Shown here one piece after another: positions 59,412 to 64,000 of a stretch of 64,000 bases of DNA; position 1 is the stretch's first letter, and each line of letters begins with the position of its first letter. Origin of the DNA: Pelomyxa schiedti (taxonomy: Eukaryota; Protista; Evosea); assembly GCA_020536535.1 (NCBI GenBank), contig JAHLWZ010000448.1, positions 62,001-126,000 of the forward strand. The letters are read 5' to 3'. The translations under genes and the position numbers were made by a program. Under the pieces are notes generated by a model that saw only the letters and a list, made by a program, of their open reading frames with translations, made no database searches and had not been told where the DNA came from.

Positions 59412-62400
59412 ATGTACACACCGCCCCCTCGCGGTGCTATCAACCAACAGCAACCACAACAACAGCGGCAGATGGGACGCTCCACCCCAATCATGCCGCC
59501 CCCGGCCGCAGTGCAGCTGCCTGGTCCCATAAGTACGCCTTGGTTGCAGCAGCAGCAGCAACAACACACACCACCGCAGTTTGGCGTGCAACCAATGACG
59601 CCCCAACAACAGGCCCAATATCAACAGCAGTACCAACAGATGCAACAGCAGCAGCAACCGCCACTTAATTGGTCGGGCCGTACATCAGTGCCCACGAGCA
59701 CGATCACCACGACTCCCACCCATAATGCCAACAACATCTATCCCCCTCCGAATCTTCAGCAATCCGGGGTAATGGCGCCGAATGTAGTAAAGTACCCACC
59801 AATGCCACCACCGCCAGTCGTGCAGCAGCAGATTCGAACGTCATTCACTGGACCGCCATTCCAGGGGTCTTTTCCACCACAACCACAACCACAACCACCG
59901 CCAACTGCAAATTGGAACCCTTCACCGATTGCCAACCCAGGGCCAATGGGTTCTGTGCCTATGAACCAGCAATATGTATCAGGGTATCCAGTGGTGATGC
60001 CAGCACCCACATCCACATCCACATCCACATCCACATCCACATTCACATCCACACCCACACCCACACCCGACAACAAGGACCGCGGGTCCAGGTCACCATC
60101 GCCACGGCCACAGTCACCAGTACCAGCACCAGCACCACAGACAGTAACGCCAATCCTGCAAAGGCGCCCGGCAACACCTCCCTCTGCAGCTTTAGCCAGG
60201 ACTAAGGCTTCGGAGGTCACGAAGCTCATTGAGCAGCTCTCGGTGTTCATGGGACAGCACAACTGGACAACTAGGGAGATGTCATACACTGCCAGCACAA
60301 TGACAGCCATTGACAACTTCCTGAGCCTACTGAAGGACAGCAGTGTGGAGCTTCCAGTTATGGTGGAATATGTGAATAATATCAGCAAATCACTTCAATC
60401 ATCATTGGAAAAACTCTCCCTGAGAAGAGTGTCGGAGATATTCCCTTTTCTTACAGCTGTTGTTCTCAGTCTACTTGTGTATGTTTTTATAGTTATAGTT
60501 ATACACACATTAGAACCTATATTTAGGGTTGTGGAGAAACTTCCCGACAAACCTGAAGTAAAAAAAACCTTAGAGAAAGTTTTCTCTGTTGTTCATTCTG
60601 CAGCTATAAAAGTGAGCTCACGTGATGATATTTCGAAAAAAGAGGAAGCTATTTTCTATGTACGAATTGTCCCCACCATAAAGTATACTAAGTTCCGCAT
60701 TTAGAGCCTAAAAAAATATGACCAAACTGTAGTCTTTGTGAAACTTGGGGACCTTCTAGAACAGCACCTCTCTATCAAAGCTCACCCTTTTCAGGTTTAA
60801 TTTTCCTCCATTTTTTTTTCTTTTCTGTTACCTTCAACAGGCATATTTTGAGATAACACTTTGTCTCCTGTATATGGCGTTTCACTCATTTGTAAAAGAT
60901 GAAACCAGTGATAGGGTACTACAGGCACCCATGTCCAATTTTTTTACAATTTGTGAAGGTCATTGAAAATTGGAAATCTGCAATAATGCTTATTATGGCT
61001 CAACCCCCTTTCAATACCATAAGAGAGATTTTTTTATAGTATGAGTCTCCCTGCATGTTTCTTGGTTTAACAAAAGAAAAGTCCAATGGCACTTTGTAGC
61101 ACAATTTCCCTCTCTTCCCCTGTCATTTCGATGTCTGTATTACGTGGATTACTGGGAACTGTCCAAAACATGTCTTCTTCACATTTGAGTGAGGAACAAA
61201 TGTCACAGGTCCCCGAATTAGTCTATTGGATCTGCCCAGCCAAATTCAAAGTTCCTCTTGACGATGACAGGGTTATAAAAGTAATGACTCTTTGTTGTTT
61301 AAAATTGATGTTAATACCTTCCTCAGGAACTTTCAGAGTTACTGTCAGGTCTGCACTATCTTTTGTTGTATACGACTCTAAATGAGAGTAGCTTTTTTGG
61401 ATTTATCTTGCCCCTTGAATGCAGTTGCTGTGCCAACACTTGCCAAATGGTGGTACTGGATGTATTGGATTGCAGAGGAAGTTTCTAATGAAGCAAGGTA
61501 ATAAATTTCCCCGTAAAATAACCTAACGTGTTGGCAGTAACAAATTATGTCTGACCAAACCTTTCTCAGAAGTGAGCTTTTGAAACAATAACCCCAAAAT
61601 TTCCTAATTCATTCACTAGCGGTCCATTCAATACAATATTCACAGTCTTTTGCCTGAGCTGGCAAAAAAAGGCAACCATACAACCAAGTTTTTCAATGAA
61701 TCTTTTAGGCACTATATCAAGACCACCACCATTCCTGTTCAATATGCCATTCAGTATGTAAAACATATTTGATGCTGAGAAGTAATTTCCTCTAGCATTC
61801 CCCCATTATTTATGGACTTGTCATCTCTTTCAGCACTCCTTGAACAGCAGTTTTCTACTCTACCAATTTTGGAGGCAGCCAAACTCTTTGAGCAATATGC
61901 ATCATTGCTACCTGTTCATCCACCTTTTATGTTACTGTTTAAGCCTCTAGAAATTGCATGTACACATGAGAGCAGGTTGTTTTCTTTCTTGGCCAATCTA
62001 ACGCCCTCTCAGATTTATGGATACACTTTTTCTTCCCCTTCACTGTACTGAATATTCAAAATTGTTTGACGCACATGATGAAGCACAGTTCATCTTTGCA
62101 AAAGATCATTTATTTGTAAAGGTATGAAGAACTGCCACCGTACTTGCAATAACGAACTCTAATAGTTAGGAGTGCTCCCGTCATTCTATGATATCACTTC
62201 CAACCTCATGAAAAGGGAAAGTACAGAAAAGGTGGATAATCAATTGTACCAGCTTTTCCTCCGTTCTCTTGGTATGTGTCCCACAACTGTACCTTAATTA
62301 ATCTTACCACTAGCTTCCACAATGATCAAGTAAGATTTTAAAGTGCAGGCAATCTTCTAATCACTACAAGGAATGAAGCACCTCCAGAAAATCCCATTTC

Positions 62401-64000
62401 AACCCAACTCAAACTCCTTGGCAAGTGGTTTGGGAATGAAATTGCAAAGATTCCTGAAGCCCAAAATACTACATTTATTTGTGCTGTATTGATGGAGTGC
62501 ATGCGCACCAGACTAGAGATTACCCCTGATGATGTCCTGCACTTATCAGCTGATATTTTGCCCTTATTTACAGAAATAGCAAACAACCACCACTTCACCA
62601 TCAACTACATGCAGTACAAGCAAAAAGTACACCTTCTTCTTTGAGTTACACTGTTTGGCTCACAAAGGTAGATCTTGGAAAAAATGAAAATCCCTCTTGA
62701 AGAGATATCTGGGAGGCACATAAATAAGCTCACACTAGATCATCTTTGTGCACTGCGGTAACCGCTTCCCTTGGAAAGCAATTGTTTGTAACTATTTCCA
62801 GGCCTCATGAGACCTCGAGATATATTCAATTGTGCTCTATTGCCTCCAAACTCTTTTCCATTAGACTTCCTGTAGAGACGGAACTTTGCAACAGCTTTTC
62901 TGCATGCAAGCAAGAATTAGAGCTGTTAAGTCTTATTCGAGTTTGGTTATTGCAGAATGCTAGGGTTCAGCTCAAACCTATTACATCTGAGCTCAATGTA
63001 CACGCAAACGTATTATGTCACAATTCTCATTTTTGCAAGTTGGATTCTGGCTTTATTGATGACCTAGAATCTATAGTCAACCAATTTCGGAGACACTTTC
63101 CAGGGCTCAAGTCGCAGCATCTTGATATGGTTCCTCTCTTTTTTCCACCTTTCTTCTTATCCCATTTGGTTTTTCAGTTGAAGTTCTTTGTCCCAAAAAG
63201 TAATATCTTCTTTGAACAACTCATGAAAAACAAAATTGAGAAATACCATGTACCCAATTTCTTTAATGCACACAAAAGCTTAATTCCTCTAGTCTGAACT
63301 CGAGCTTAACCACATTTCGGAAATCTTAGCCAAGGTTTGGGTAACAATGGAAAAACTGCTTACGGGAGATTTGCTCTTCTCTAAAGTTCTGAGCTCTTCA
63401 TTCCTTTTCAAAATACAAATATTTCTTTTTCCCCCAGGCAAAGAAGTTTTTTGGCAGTCATCAGTCTAATGATACCACTGTCACTGAAGTGTATGTCTTT
63501 ACCTAATCTCTGCTCTGAATAAGCTCTCTATAGGTTGGAATTTTTCAGAGGACAAGGGTCTGATCACCAGAATACTTGCATTTTTGTGACGCATGGACTC
63601 ACTCTGCTGGAGTACCTGGATCACACTGGTTCTATAACAAACTGTTGTAAGCAGTATAAACTTTGCAGTCGTTCTGCAGAAGGTCTTTCTGGGATGGTGA
63701 ACAATCTGGGCCACCAAGCTGTATTTGTTCCTCACCCCTCAAGCCCCTTACTCATTCTATCTCTGTTACCAGATTACACTTAGGAACTGTTCTGGGGTTT
63801 TGGAAGGACTGAAGGAAGAGGTTTTTTGTATCTTTACTTACATCCACACTAATTCGCCAAGATATTTCATTTGAGTGCTGAACACCTCTCCTTTTTTGAT
63901 ACAATTAGCATTGCTGGTGATGTACTTGACTGGTTGAAAGTATATTTTTAAAAAAGCAGTGAAAGAACACTCAATGCGATAATAGAATTTTGATGACTTA
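59412..64000 (+). CDS. Large multi-exon hypothetical protein with P/Q-rich N-terminus and helical body; continues beyond window
   Basis: 430-aa first ORF followed by many short GT-AG introns and coding-like exons to the window end; no confident family assignment. Confidence 0.65.
60006..60068 (+). repeat. (CCACAT/CCACAC)n hexamer repeat encoding TS/TP dipeptides
   Basis: ccacatccacatccacat... within the first exon of the last gene. Confidence 0.85.

Noticed and set aside
59412-64000. RNF213-like assignment of the last gene
   Set aside because: Only a vague resemblance; no AAA or RING motifs within the window

Overview
Gene-dense eukaryotic genomic DNA with many short (about 35-60 nt) spliceosomal introns. 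The gene set and style suggest a protist, probably an amoebozoan (possibly Pelomyxa-like); this is an inference only. About 25 protein-coding genes are recognisable: Trf4-type poly(A) polymerase (partial), ACAP-type ArfGAP, Na+/K+-type P2C ATPase, acid sphingomyelinase-like protein, SAM-pseudokinase, EF-hand protein, epsinR-like protein, RhoGEF, SAM/pseudo-caspase, CDC40/PRP17, Sel1-repeat/PINK1-like kinase, DPH5, divergent citrate-synthase-family protein, MFS transporter, secreted Sel1 protein, ankyrin-DHHC palmitoyltransferase, TMEM144, TRAPPC2, ARPC1-like WD40, S1P lyase, Ras, PAS protein and a large partial gene. The clearest unexplained structure is at 33678-37129: a decayed Mutator-like element with ~140-bp terminal inverted repeats (TIRs). 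Its right TIR is split by a younger 1.26-kb element with 16-bp TIRs and a CA duplication, which the intact left TIR supports. The left TIR abuts the DPH5 ATG and the right TIR supplies the stop codon of the citrate-synthase-like gene. A second TE patch (inverted 12-bp arrays plus Gypsy RT remnants) lies at about 42.8-43.9 kb. CDS coordinates are whole-gene spans including introns, with exons inferred by eye.
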